A stretch of DNA of 64,000 nt from the NCBI GenBank assembly GCA_031409655.1, contig JANNXQ010000187.1:32001-96000 (forward strand), written 5' to 3'. Made by a program: the position numbers and the translations under genes. This DNA is from Chthoniobacteraceae bacterium. GTDB taxonomy: Bacteria > Verrucomicrobiota > Verrucomicrobiia > Chthoniobacterales > Chthoniobacteraceae. A model generated the notes under the pieces. The model saw only the letters and a list, made by a program, of their open reading frames with translations. It made no database searches and had not been told where the DNA came from. This document shows positions 9,532 to 19,400 of this stretch, in pieces; position 1 is the first letter of the stretch; each line of letters opens with the position of its first letter.

Positions 9532-9747
9532 ATGAGCACACTTCAAGAAATAAAGACGGCCATCGCGCAGTTGCCTTCGCGGGAAAAGGCGATGCTCGCA
9601 GCCGAATTGTTCGCGCTTGAACCGGAGCCGGATGCGGCGCAATTGGAAGCCGCCCTCGACCATGGCTTGCGCGATGTGGAAGCAGGCCGGGTGCGCCCGA
9701 TCGAAGAGGTGCGGGCGATGCTTCCCGGATGGACTACAAAGTCCTGA
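9532..9747 (+). CDS. Putative antitoxin (addiction-module type)
   Basis: 71 aa, with EIKTAIAQLP and GLRDVEAGRV..IEEV; overlaps the toxin start. Confidence 0.75.
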   Translation: MSTLQEIKTAIAQLPSREKAMLAAELFALEPEPDAAQLEAALDHGLRDVEAGRVRPIEEVRAMLPGWTTKS

Positions 9748-10031
9748 TCACCGACAGCGCGCTCGCCGATCTCCAGGAGATCGTCGAATTCGTCGCGCAA
9801 GATGATCCGCAAGCCGCAGCCCGTTTGGGTGAAAAGCTGATCGCGCGTGCATTGAGCCTGCGCACGATGCCTGAACGGCACGCCTGGCACGATGCGGCGC
9901 GGGGCATTCGCAAAATGCCGCTCTCTGCCTATCTGGTTTTCTACACCTGCGACAAACCCCGCGGTGTCGTGAACATCCTTCACTTCTGGCACGGCGCGCG
10001 GCAGTCGCCCGACTTCTCAGCGGGCACCTGA
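9729..10031 (+). CDS. RelE/ParE family toxin
   Basis: YKVLITDSALADLQEI, MPER, YLVFY, ILHFWHGAR. Confidence 0.9.
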   Translation: MDYKVLITDSALADLQEIVEFVAQDDPQAAARLGEKLIARALSLRTMPERHAWHDAARGIRKMPLSAYLVFYTCDKPRGVVNILHFWHGARQSPDFSAGT

Positions 10032-10688
10032 CGTCAGAAAATCCAGCGCCGCGGATTCGTTCTTTTCGATGGCGATTTCCACGGCTAGCTGGGCTTGGGC
10101 GAGGAGGGTACGGGCGCGGGCGCGGGCGAGGAGGATGCTTTCGATGAGGGCGTCGATGCGCGGGGCGGCGATGGCGAGGAGGTCGTCGTCGCCGTAGCGG
10201 GGATGGTGGGAGTCGTCTTGCGACCATTGCAGGATCGTTTGCACGGGCTGGGAGCGGAGGAAGGCGAGGAGCGCGGCCTGGCTGAGGCTCGGGCGCTCGG
10301 GGTCGTGCGGGCGCAGGACCATGAACTCGGAGGAGCCGACGGATGGCACGGTGGCGGTGGTGCGGACGAGGGCGGTCTCGCGCAGGTAGCCGCGCAGCCG
10401 GGAGGTGACGACATCGCCGGCGGCGAAGCGCTTCTTGGCGCTGCCGACGGCGCGGGCGGACATCGGCTCCTTGGTATCGTCGAGCACGGGCTGGAGGGCG
10501 TCGCCGAGGTCGAAGTTGCGCACGATCGCGCCGGGCGAGGCGGCGGTGGGGTCGAACATTTCGCTCACCGAGCGGAAGTGCGCGCCGAGGGGTTTTCCGG
10601 GCATCGAGCGCAGCCGGTCGAGGAAGCCTTGTTTCGCCGGATGGAAATACTCGGCGTCCGTGCGTTCGGCGACGGAAAGAATTGGCAA
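10017..10688 (-). pseudogene. C-terminal remnant of a restriction specificity (S/TRD) subunit
   Basis: R.DAEYF, GDVVTSRLRGYLRE, SSEFMVLR and a terminal coiled helix (LLAQAQLAVEIAIE). The 5' half is missing. Confidence 0.65.
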
Positions 10689-10749
10689 AACTGCAACGGC
10701 AGCGTTTTATCTCTCGCCATTAGACGTCCCGACGTCTTATTTCCGACGT

Positions 10750-11922
10750 GTGAAAAATCTGCCATCATTCAAGCGCTCACCGGGGGCTGTCCGGGACGCA
10801 ATCTTAGGCACCTTACAAGCGAAGCCGGAGGGAGGAACGGTGGAGGCGATCCGCGGTGAAGTGACCCGTTTGCTCGGCCCTACGCCGGCCTCCTCGATCC
10901 GATCTTATCTCCGCCTGAATACGCCCGGTCTATTTGAGCGCCTTGATCGCGGACGGTATGCACTCGCAGGGAGCGGTCGTGTGCGCGAGGAGAGTCAAGT
11001 CACGCTTCCGCTCGTTGAACGAGCCAATGGCAATCAACGCCGCGGCGAGGAGGGGAATCGTTGCCAAGTTGGCGGTGCGACGTTGATCGAGTCGGATTGC
11101 TTCGCGTGGCTGGAAACCCGCGACCCGCAGAGCGTCCACGCCGTTGTTACCGATCCGCCCTATGGCCTCGTGGAATACAGTGATCGCGAACAGGCAAAAT
11201 TGCGCGCTGGCAAAGGCGGGGTGTGGCGCATTCCACCGAACTTCGATGGTCACCAGCGTTCGCCGCTCCCGCGTTTCACGGTGCTGACTCCGGCGGATTT
11301 GCAGGCGCTCGACCATTTTTTCCATCGTTGGGCACGGGCGATTCTCCGCGTGCTGGTGCCGGGCGGCCAGGTGCTCGTAGCCTCGAATCCGCTGCTCTCA
11401 TATGTCGTCGCCGGAGCTGTGGTTCGGGCCGGCCTGGAACGACGCGGCGAGATCATCCGGCTGACGATGACGATGCGCGGAGGAGACCGCCCCAAAGCCG
11501 CTCACGAAGAGTTTTCCGAAGTCAGCGTCATGCCGCGCTCGATGTGGGAGCCGTGGCTCATTTTCCGCAAACCGCTGGACGGACGGGTGCAGGACAATTT
11601 GCGGAAGTGGCACACGGGTGGGTTCCGGCGCCCATCGATGGAGCAGCCGTTTGGCGACGTGATCGTGTCCAGCCCGACGCGAGCGAACGAGCGAGCGCTC
11701 GCGCCACATCCGAGCCTGAAGCCGCAAGCCTTCATGCGGCAAATCGTGCGCGCCGTGCTCCCGCTCGGTGAAGGCATCGTGCTCGATCCCTTTGCTGGCG
11801 GCGGCTCGACACTCGCTGCCGCGGAAGCCGTCGGCTATCGAAGTATCGGAGTCGAGCGCGATGCGGCGTATTTTCAAACCGCCCGGAACGCGATCCCCCT
11901 CCTAGCCGCTCTGCGAGTGTGA
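10750..11922 (+). CDS. Beta-class N4-C/N6-A DNA methyltransferase with N-terminal HTH-like extension
   Basis: VVTDPPY (motif IV), then HPSLKP and VLDPFAGGGST (motif I). GTG start at 10750 is inferred; the frame is open from 10405. Confidence 0.9.
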   Translation: MKNLPSFKRSPGAVRDAILGTLQAKPEGGTVEAIRGEVTRLLGPTPASSIRSYLRLNTPGLFERLDRGRYALAGSGRVREESQVTLPLVERANGNQRRGEEGNRCQVGGATLIESDCFAWLETRDPQSVHAVVTDPPYGLVEYSDREQAKLRAGKGGVWRIPPNFDGHQRSPLPRFTVLTPADLQALDHFFHRWARAILRVLVPGGQVLVASNPLLSYVVAGAVVRAGLERRGEIIRLTMTMRGGDRPKAAHEEFSEVSVMPRSMWEPWLIFRKPLDGRVQDNLRKWHTGGFRRPSMEQPFGDVIVSSPTRANERALAPHPSLKPQAFMRQIVRAVLPLGEGIVLDPFAGGGSTLAAAEAVGYRSIGVERDAAYFQTARNAIPLLAALRV

Positions 11923-12522
11923 ATCCAAATAGATCCAGCTTTTCCGCAGTTTGAGAATGCCATCGCGGTGCAGCGTGGCCGTGCGCGTGCCGAGTTCACC
12001 GCGGGCATTCTTGCGAAAGTCGGCAATTGTGACATGGCCAAGATAGACCTCGGTGAAGCGCAGAGGCATTCGGTCCCGCGCCGGTTCTGTTTCATCGTCG
12101 ATGGCATAGACGAAAACCGTCATCCACTGCTCGCGCGCACCGTGGGTATCCACCGCACCGCCAGATTTCCGCGTCGTCTTGATTTCCACGCCTTCGCTGC
12201 CGGCTTTGGCCGCATCCTTGGGATACGCGCCCTTTACGAGAAGATCGGGGTGTCCGTTGAAATGCTGATTCTGGGTCAGCGTGCGCGAGTGTTTAGCCAG
12301 ACTTGAAGTAAGGAAATCGGAAAGCAGGCCCGACAGGATTGCTGGGCGCAGCATATCGTCGAGCCGTTGCAGACCCTTCTTCACGAGGAAGGAATTCACA
12401 TCGAAGAAGAAGTCGTAAACGTCCTGCATCGCGAGCGAGAAGTCCTCAACGCGGAGTTCGAATGGGAGATTCGTCGCCGGGTTGAAACACTCAGACTTTG
12501 GACGCTGACGTTCGATTGGCAT
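11902..12522 (-). CDS. Putative type II restriction endonuclease (PD-(D/E)xK)
   Basis: NGHPDLL...GVEIKTT motif; convergent with the MTase and overlapping it by 21 nt. Confidence 0.7.
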   Translation of the reverse strand: MPIERQRPKSECFNPATNLPFELRVEDFSLAMQDVYDFFFDVNSFLVKKGLQRLDDMLRPAILSGLLSDFLTSSLAKHSRTLTQNQHFNGHPDLLVKGAYPKDAAKAGSEGVEIKTTRKSGGAVDTHGAREQWMTVFVYAIDDETEPARDRMPLRFTEVYLGHVTIADFRKNARGELGTRTATLHRDGILKLRKSWIYLDSHSQSG

Positions 12523-12528
12523 ACGCGA

Positions 12529-13272
12529 CTAAGCCGCGATTTGGAGTTCGTGCTGCAAGCCAAATCCGCGTTGCCCTATGCGTCGCTCGATGACCCAGCG
12601 CGGGGTGAAATACTGGCCTTTGTCGCCCTTGGAGGATTGGTTGACGAGGTATTCGAAGGCGTCGTCGATGACGTCGAGGTTGGAGTTGAAGAGCTTCCAT
12701 TCCTCAAGGGAGCCGACGCAGACCTGGAGGTGATCGGCGGTGAGGCGGATGCGCTCATCATCGGTGAAGACGCCGGGCCATTTGCTTTTGGCGTCGTCGA
12801 AAAGGGACTGGATGTTGGCCTTGAGCTCGGCGGCGGTGTTGGAGTTGCGAAAGCGGAGGTGCGGGTAGATGCCGCGATGGCAGGCGAGTTCGTCGTAGAG
12901 CTTGGTGAAGATGAGCTTGAAGACTTCCTCGAAGACATCGACGCCGGCATTGGCGAGGACTTCGTCTTCCATGTCCTCGATGAGCTGGCCGAGGTCGCGG
13001 GCGCGGAGGCCGTCCTTGGCGCGGGCTTCTTCCTTCTCGATGAGGGTGTCGATAGTCCACGGCTGGCCGGCGAGGTCGTCGATGGTCTGGCTGGCCGTGG
13101 GCAGGTCGGGGATTTCGACGAAGTAGTTCGGGTTCTTGCGATGCCAGACGACGGGGCTGACGCCATTGCTCCACAGCGCGAGCGGGGCGCCGGTGGCGTG
13201 GGTGTAGGATTTGAGCTGGTCTTTGCCGTCCTTGGCCGACGGGGCTTTGATCTCGATGATCGTGTAGGGTTG
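12529..13272 (-). pseudogene. Internal remnant of a fused HsdR-N/N6-methyltransferase (type IIG/IIB-like R-M subunit)
   Basis: One open frame, PYTIIEIKAP..DGKDQLKSY..TGA..WSNG...FKLIFTKLYDE...KGDKGQYFTPRWVI. It breaks off after motif X and has no proper start. Confidence 0.8.
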
Positions 13273-13445
13273 CGTCCCGCAAAATTTCCGACACTGATGG
13301 CGTAGGCATGACCCCGATGAAGCATGTCGGGGGGCGAACGACGATTTTTTTCGAGCACCGGTGCCGCAGCAAGAGTCCCCAGATGCGTTCCATCCTGCAA
13401 AACCCTCGACACACCGCGCCGGAGTTTCGAGACTCCCCGCCCTTT

Positions 13446-14189
13446 ATGAGATTCGGAAATCAAGTCGCCATCGTCACCGGCGCCGGACGCGGCATCGGGC
13501 AGGCCATCGCCCTGCAACTCGCCAGCGAGGGCGCGCGCGTCGCCGTCGTCTCGCGCACGGAGGCGAATGCAAACAAGACCGCCGAGGCGATCAATGCAAA
13601 GTACGCCGGTCTCGCCGTCCCCTATGCCGTGGATGTCGCGTCGACGGCGGCGGTGAAGGATCTGGTGGAGCAGATTCACAAGGAATTCACTCGCATCGAC
13701 ATCCTCGTGAACAATGCCGGCCTCACCCGCGACGGTCTCGCCATGCGCATGAGCGAGGACGATTGGGACACCGTGATCGATACGAATCTCAAGGGCGCCT
13801 TCAGTTTCATCCAGGTCGTGCTCCGCCCCATGGTGCGGCAGCGCAGCGGACGGATCATCAATATCGCGAGCGTCGCGGGTCTCATGGGCAATGCGGGCCA
13901 GGCCAACTACGCGGCGAGCAAGGCGGGCCTGATCGGCCTCACCAAGACCATCGCCCGCGAGATTGCCAGCCGCAGCATCACCTGCAACGCGGTCGCCCCC
14001 GGCTTCATCACCACGGACATGACGGGCGGTCTGCCCGAAGCCCTGAAGACCGGCGTCATCGGCCAGATCCCGCTCGGGCGCTTTGGCGAACCCGAAGACA
14101 TCGCCGCTGCTGTTTGCTTCCTCGCCAGCGCCGAAGCCCGCTACATCACTGGCCAGACGCTCACCGTGGACGGCGGCATGGTGATGTGA
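13446..14189 (+). CDS. fabG: 3-oxoacyl-ACP reductase
   Basis: VTGAGRGIG, NNAG, GNAGQANYAASKAG, VAPGFI.TDMT. Confidence 0.95.
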   Translation: MRFGNQVAIVTGAGRGIGQAIALQLASEGARVAVVSRTEANANKTAEAINAKYAGLAVPYAVDVASTAAVKDLVEQIHKEFTRIDILVNNAGLTRDGLAMRMSEDDWDTVIDTNLKGAFSFIQVVLRPMVRQRSGRIINIASVAGLMGNAGQANYAASKAGLIGLTKTIAREIASRSITCNAVAPGFITTDMTGGLPEALKTGVIGQIPLGRFGEPEDIAAAVCFLASAEARYITGQTLTVDGGMVM

Positions 14190-14195
14190 AGAAAA

Positions 14196-14275
14196 GGATG
14201 AAGGCCTAAGGAGGAAGGATGATGTCCTGCCGCCACTCTTCTCTTCATCCTTCCGCCTTCATCCCTCATCCTTTC
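14196..14275. repeat. Inverted short-repeat pair (GGATGAA / TTCATCC heptamer type)
   Basis: AGGATGAAGG...GGAAGGATGA followed by TTCATCCTTCCGCCTTCATCCCTCATCCTT, between fabG and sixA. Confidence 0.5.
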
Positions 14276-14279
14276 CCCC

Positions 14280-14747
14280 ATGCTCCTCTACCTTCTCCGC
14301 CACGCGAACGCGGACACCGTCGCCGAGAGCGATGATGCGCGGACGCTGACGGAGAAAGGGCACGCGCAGGCGGAGAAGGTCGCGCGCTTCTGTGCGGAAC
14401 GGGAACTGCGCCCGGAGTTCATCCTGTCCAGCCCGCTGCCGCGCGCGCAGGAGACGGCGGCGCCGATCGGGGAGAAGTTCGGGGTGAAAGTGATCGTCAC
14501 CCCGTGGCTGGCCAGTGGGATGAGGCCCGAAGCCGCTACCGATGCCCTGCGCGAATACACGCGTTTTGAAAGCGTGCTGCTCGTCGGCCACGAGCCGGAT
14601 TTCTCAATGCTCATCGCGCACCTGCTCGGGCTTCCCGATCACGCTCGATTCATCGTCCGGAAGGCCGCGCTCACGCTTCTCGAATTTCGCGCCCCGCGCG
14701 CCGGCGCCGCCACGTTTCACTTTTCCCTCCCATGCCGGCTGATGTGA
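14280..14747 (+). CDS. sixA: Phosphohistidine phosphatase SixA
   Basis: LLRHANA, R.LT..G, SSPLPRAQETA, LVGHEPD. Confidence 0.9.
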   Translation: MLLYLLRHANADTVAESDDARTLTEKGHAQAEKVARFCAERELRPEFILSSPLPRAQETAAPIGEKFGVKVIVTPWLASGMRPEAATDALREYTRFESVLLVGHEPDFSMLIAHLLGLPDHARFIVRKAALTLLEFRAPRAGAATFHFSLPCRLM

Positions 14748-15436
14748 ACCACCCGCCGGACGTCGTTCGCTTTCCGGAAGATTACTCCGTCCACGCCGCG
14801 GCATTTCTGCGCGAGGAAATCCTCCGCGCCATCGCGGTCCGCGGCTTCTGCCGGCTCGCGCTCAGCGGTGGCAATACTCCCCGCGCGATCCACGAGGAAC
14901 TCGTGCGCATCGGCGGCGACATCGCCTGGAATCATGTGCAGATCAGCTTCGGCGACGAACGCTGCGTGCCGCCCGATCACGCCGACAGCAACTACCGCAT
15001 GGCCCGCGAGTCCCTCCTCGATCTCGTGCCGATCCCGCCGGGCAATGTCTTCCGCATCCGCGGTGAGATCGATCCCGAGGCCGCCACGCGCGAGTACGAA
15101 GCCAAGCTCGCCGCCGTCGCCGCCCGCTCGGGCGAGCCGCGTTACGTCCACGATGTGCTGCTGCTCGGCCTCGGCGAAGACGGCCACACCGCCTCGCTCT
15201 TCCCCGGCTCGCCCGCGCTCGACGAGCGCGACCGCAACGTCCTCCCGGTGATCGGCCCGAAACCGCCGCCGCAGCGCGTCACGATGACCTTCCCGCTCAT
15301 CAACTGCGCGCGCCACGTCTGCTTCCTCGTGAGCGGCACGAGCAAACGCGAAGTCGTCGAGCAAGTGCTCGCCGGAGATCCCCGCCACCCGGCCTCCCGC
15401 GTCCGCGCCGCGCGGGTGACGTGGCTTGTGCAGTAG
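14744..15436 (+). CDS. pgl: 6-phosphogluconolactonase
   Basis: ALSGGNTP, FGDERCVP..H.DSN, LGLGEDGHTASLFPG. GTGA overlap with sixA (alternative start at 14732). Confidence 0.93.
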   Translation: MNHPPDVVRFPEDYSVHAAAFLREEILRAIAVRGFCRLALSGGNTPRAIHEELVRIGGDIAWNHVQISFGDERCVPPDHADSNYRMARESLLDLVPIPPGNVFRIRGEIDPEAATREYEAKLAAVAARSGEPRYVHDVLLLGLGEDGHTASLFPGSPALDERDRNVLPVIGPKPPPQRVTMTFPLINCARHVCFLVSGTSKREVVEQVLAGDPRHPASRVRAARVTWLVQ

Positions 15437-15485
15437 CACGATCTCGCCCTCAAGGTTTCGGGCCGAAGCGGATTACCCTGGAGCA

Positions 15486-17591
15486 ATGTTCCTCCACCGA
15501 ATTCTTCCCGCATTGGTCGCCTTCACGCTGATCCTGTCCGCCAGCGCCCAAAAGCCCGCCAGCCTTCCCCGCTCGATGATTCCCGCGCCTTTCGATCGCT
15601 ACCTGGAGCGCCGCGTGGCGGAGCTTTCCTCCGTCGATTGGCAAAGTGGAATCACGCCGGAAAACTGGCCCGCTCGGCGAAAGGAGATGCGGCGCGAACT
15701 GCAAGGGATGCTCGGGCTCGATCCGTGGCCAGAGCGCACGCCGCTGCAACCGGTGATCACGGGCACGGTGCCGGGCGACGGCTACGTCATAGAAAAGCTG
15801 CACTTTCAATCGCTGCCCGGCCTCTACGTGACGGCGAACCTTTATCGCCCAAAGGAAGTGACCACGCCGCTCCCGACGATCCTCTACGTCTGCGGACACT
15901 CGAATGTCGTCGAGAAAGGCGTGAGCATGGGCAACAAAACCGGCTATCACCATCACGGTGTCTGGTTCGCGCGACATGGCTACGTGTGCCTGATCATCGA
16001 CACGATCCAACTCGGCGAGATTCGCGGTGAACATCACGGCACCCACAGCGGCAAACGCTGGTGGTGGGCAGCGCGTGGTTACACGCCGGCCGGAGTCGAA
16101 GCGTGGAATGGCAGCCGCGCGCTGGACTATCTCGAGACGCGGCCGGAGGTGGATCGCACGCGCTTTGGCATTACGGGGCGCTCCGGCGGCGGGGCGTATT
16201 CCTGGTGGGTCGCGGCGCTGGATGAACGGATCAAAGTCGCGGTGCCGACGGCTGGCATCACGACGCTGAAAAATCACGTCGTCGATGGCGCGATCGAAGG
16301 GCACTGCGATTGCATGTTCATGGTGAATACGGAGCGCTGGGACTTCGATCGCGTCGCCGCGCTCGTCGCGCCGCGCCCGCTGCTCATCGCGAATACCGAT
16401 TCCGACAGCATCTTTCCGCTCGATGGCGTGCTGGAGATCTTCAACCACACCCGCGCGCTCTACCGCAAACTCGGGAAGGAGGATCAGGTGGGTATCCACA
16501 TTGCGGAAGGCCCGCACAAAGACACGCAGCCGCTGAACATCGGCGCTTTCAACTGGCTGAACCGTTTCCTCAAAGGTGGGGATCGGATGGACCTCATCGA
16601 CGAACCGGCGCGCAAAGCCCACGAGCCACGCGAGCTGAAAGTCTTCACCGAGATCCCAAAGGACGAGCGCGTCACGACGGTCGATGAGTCTTTCGTGCCG
16701 GCGTTTTCGGAGAAAGCGCCACCGACTTCGGCTGCGGAGTGGTCCGCGCTTCGCGATGGTTGGATGAAGTCGCTGCGCGAGGAATGCTTCCGCGCGTGGC
16801 CGTCCGCACCGGCCAAAGTGCTCGCCGAAAAACCCGCGGTGACCACTTCCGCCGGCCTCCGGCTGACCGCCACGGAGTTTGCGAGCGAAGAGGCCATGAC
16901 CCTGCCGCTCTGGCTGCTCCAGCGCGAAGACATCGCGCCGGAGAATCTCGAACTCGTGGTGCTCAACATCCTCGATGACGCGGGCTGGAAGGAATTCCAG
17001 GCGGTCGCGGCAGCGGGATTTCCCGCGCAGTTTTCCGGCGCGAACGCGGATGCCGCTGGCTTCGCCGAAGTGCGCGAGATGCTGCAGAAGACGAAGTGGG
17101 CGATGGCTTACGTCTGCCCGCGCGGTGCCGGAGCGCAGAGCTGGGCTGCGCTTCCACCGACCAAACAGATCCACCTGCAGCGCCGTCTGCAACTCCTGGG
17201 CGAATCGCTGGAGAGCGGCCAGGTCTGGGATATCCAGCAGGCGGCGGGAGCGCTCCGCACGTCGCCCGGCTTGGCGAAAGTGCCGCTCTGGCTGCAAGCC
17301 GAACGCACCATGGCGGCCAATGCGCTCTACGCCTCGCTCTTCATCCCCGAGGTGACGCGGCTCGATCTCCACGCGCTGCCGACGACGCACCGCGATGGCC
17401 CCACTTACCTGAATGTCCTCCGCCATCTCGATCTCCCGCAGGCCGTGGCGCTGGCTGCGGAACGTTCGACCGTCGCCATCTACTCTGAGAATGCGGAGCC
17501 CTGGCGCTACGCCGCAACGTTGGCGAAGAGCCTGCAGTGGGGCGAGAAGCGCGTGCAGATCCGCAAGCCGCTCCCGTCCGCCCCACGCTGA
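15486..17591 (+). CDS. Secreted alpha/beta-hydrolase (acetylxylan esterase/dienelactone hydrolase-like)
   Basis: Signal peptide; nucleophile elbow GRSGGG; APRPLLI; second degenerate hydrolase domain. Confidence 0.85.
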   Translation: MFLHRILPALVAFTLILSASAQKPASLPRSMIPAPFDRYLERRVAELSSVDWQSGITPENWPARRKEMRRELQGMLGLDPWPERTPLQPVITGTVPGDGYVIEKLHFQSLPGLYVTANLYRPKEVTTPLPTILYVCGHSNVVEKGVSMGNKTGYHHHGVWFARHGYVCLIIDTIQLGEIRGEHHGTHSGKRWWWAARGYTPAGVEAWNGSRALDYLETRPEVDRTRFGITGRSGGGAYSWWVAALDERIKVAVPTAGITTLKNHVVDGAIEGHCDCMFMVNTERWDFDRVAALVAPRPLLIANTDSDSIFPLDGVLEIFNHTRALYRKLGKEDQVGIHIAEGPHKDTQPLNIGAFNWLNRFLKGGDRMDLIDEPARKAHEPRELKVFTEIPKDERVTTVDESFVPAFSEKAPPTSAAEWSALRDGWMKSLREECFRAWPSAPAKVLAEKPAVTTSAGLRLTATEFASEEAMTLPLWLLQREDIAPENLELVVLNILDDAGWKEFQAVAAAGFPAQFSGANADAAGFAEVREMLQKTKWAMAYVCPRGAGAQSWAALPPTKQIHLQRRLQLLGESLESGQVWDIQQAAGALRTSPGLAKVPLWLQAERTMAANALYASLFIPEVTRLDLHALPTTHRDGPTYLNVLRHLDLPQAVALAAERSTVAIYSENAEPWRYAATLAKSLQWGEKRVQIRKPLPSAPR

Positions 17592-17606
17592 GCGACGGCG
17601 TCCTCC

Positions 17607-17747
17607 TTTGGTGTTTAGCGTTTGAAGTTTGAAGTTTGGCGTTTTCTGCGCTGCCGCGGCTCGGTGCGAGGGAGCATCAACGTCGGTCTGCCGGGAGTCT
17701 GGAAATGAACGCCAAACTTCAAACGCCAAACGCTAAACGCCAAACGC
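17607..17747. repeat. Inverted heptamer array pair (TTTGAAG/TTTGGCG)n ... (CTTCAAA/CGCCAAA)n, copy A
   Basis: Arms at 17607-17643 and 17708-17747. Confidence 0.85.
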
Positions 17748-17835
17748 TGCAACCCGGTTGCCATACGCAAATTGCGGCGCTCCCTCAGGTCGAACGGCTT
17801 GTCTTTTTCGCATCCCGCCCCCACCCTCCCCGCCC

Positions 17836-18315
17836 ATGGATCACGTCCTCCTCCGCGCCGTCTCGGTCTTCCGCACGCTCACCGACGAAGAACTCGATAG
17901 CCTCGGCGCGCTCTTTACGGAGCGGACCGTGCCCACTCGCGAACGCATCCTTCAGGAAGGCACCGTGGTCACCGCTTTCCACATCGTCTGCGAGGGCGTG
18001 GTACACGTCCGGCGCATGGCGCAGAAGCGCGAGATGTTGCTCGGCCGACTCGGTCCCGGAGCGTTCTTCGGTGAGATCAATCTCTTCGACCCCGGCGTGG
18101 CCACCGCGAGCATCTACGCGATGAAGGAGACGAAGATCGCGTCGGTGGACTACGACAGCTTCCGCGCTTTCATGGAGGCAAACCCGGCCACGGGCTACAA
18201 GATCGTCTCCTTGATGATGACGGAAATGTCGCGCCGTCTGCGGCAGACGAGCGCGCGCCTGGTGAATATGGCGTACTGGTCGAGTGCGGAAGCGGCGCTC
18301 CCGAAGGCGGAGTAG
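17836..18315 (+). CDS. Cyclic nucleotide-binding domain protein
   Basis: LGPGAFFGEINL and ATASIYA; no C-terminal HTH. Confidence 0.88.
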   Translation: MDHVLLRAVSVFRTLTDEELDSLGALFTERTVPTRERILQEGTVVTAFHIVCEGVVHVRRMAQKREMLLGRLGPGAFFGEINLFDPGVATASIYAMKETKIASVDYDSFRAFMEANPATGYKIVSLMMTEMSRRLRQTSARLVNMAYWSSAEAALPKAE

Positions 18316-18367
18316 GGGCGCCCTCGCCCCGAGTTGCTCCTGGGGTCGAGGGCGCCCCTGCTCCTTG
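18309..18367. repeat. REPIN-like element, copy 2
   Basis: GGAGTAGGGGCGCCCTCGCCCCG ... GGGGTCGAGGGCGCCCCTGCTCCTTG, between convergent genes; its TAG is the stop codon of the upstream gene. Confidence 0.8.
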
Positions 18368-18376
18368 AAAACAGCG

Positions 18377-18772
18377 CTACCGCACTTTAACCGGCACCGC
18401 CACGCCAGTGCCCGCTTCGAACACCTCGTCGCCTTTTCGCGGCGCACCCTCCTCGAGATCAGCCACCACAAAGGGCCGGCGGCGGACGTCGCCAACTTTG
18501 AGTTGCGCGGATGGCGTGGGGCCGGTGTAGCTCAGCAATCGCGCGCCTGCGGCGGGCGTGGGATTCGATCCGCTATCGATCAGTGCGAATCCGCCGGCTT
18601 CATCAAACAAGGTGATCACGCCGACGCGCTGCAAAGGGCGCCGCGACATCGCGAGCGTCTGCGCATCGGGGCCGACTTCTTTCCGTTTCGTCACGCGCCG
18701 GATCGTCGAGCAGCCTGGTTGCGGCAGAACGAGCAGGAGCACGAGGGCAAAGGTCCGGGGGAGATGTCGCAT
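18377..18772 (-). CDS. Hypothetical lipoprotein
   Basis: Hydrophobic leader ending PGC, followed by a small beta domain. Confidence 0.65.
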   Translation of the reverse strand: MRHLPRTFALVLLLVLPQPGCSTIRRVTKRKEVGPDAQTLAMSRRPLQRVGVITLFDEAGGFALIDSGSNPTPAAGARLLSYTGPTPSAQLKVGDVRRRPFVVADLEEGAPRKGDEVFEAGTGVAVPVKVR

Positions 18773-19130
18773 GTCGGCAGACTAGCGAGACTCGGTCGCG
18801 GAGCGCGAGCCGCGACGGCGCGGGCCGCTGCGCGGCGACCTGCCGCTGAATGCGCGGCGCCGCCATGGAAAATCCCGGCGCAAGTCCGCAGCTCACGAGC
18901 AACGGGGCGAGCGCTTGCTTCAGCTCGAGCGCGGTGAGCGACGGCGCGGCCGGCGCTTCCTCGGAGATCGGCGCGTGGAAGATATTGCAGCACTCCATTG
19001 GGTCGCCCCCCGGGCAGCAACCGCAGGCCTTCGCCACCGGCAGTACCCCACCCGCCCCACAAGCCGGGCCAGCGCCCATGGCGAGGCCCACCATCACGGC
19101 GAGGAGCAGAAGTAAGCGCCCAATCATCAT
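18603..19130 (-). CDS. Cys-rich exported hypothetical protein (CGCC/CC); true 3' end uncertain
   Basis: Signal-like N-terminus and ACGCCPGGDPMECC. The ORF overlaps the next gene by ~170 nt. Confidence 0.45.
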   Translation of the reverse strand: MMIGRLLLLLAVMVGLAMGAGPACGAGGVLPVAKACGCCPGGDPMECCNIFHAPISEEAPAAPSLTALELKQALAPLLVSCGLAPGFSMAAPRIQRQVAAQRPAPSRLALRDRVSLVCRHATSPPDLCPRAPARSAATRLLDDPARDETERSRPRCADARDVAAPFAARRRDHLV

Positions 19131-19190
19131 CCCTCATACGCCGTGAAGCCAGGTGGCGGCAATGGATCAACCGGTGGCGCGGAGACCTCG

Positions 19191-19307
19191 TTTGATGTTT
19201 GGCGTTTGGCGTTTGAAGTTTGGCGTTTTCCCCCTTCCGAACAAAGAGCGCCTCTGTGATCGGGCAGTTAAACGCCAAACTTCAAACTTCAAACGCTAAA
19301 CACCAAA
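19191..19307. repeat. Inverted heptamer array pair, copy B
   Basis: Right arm 19271-19307 is the exact reverse complement of the copy A left arm (37 nt). Confidence 0.85.
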
Positions 19308-19400
19308 TGCGGAAAGGGGACACCCGAAGCCCTCTTCGGTGACGCTCCACCCACCTTGGAGCTTGGAATTTACGCGCTTCCCAGCCACTCCTCTCCACCC

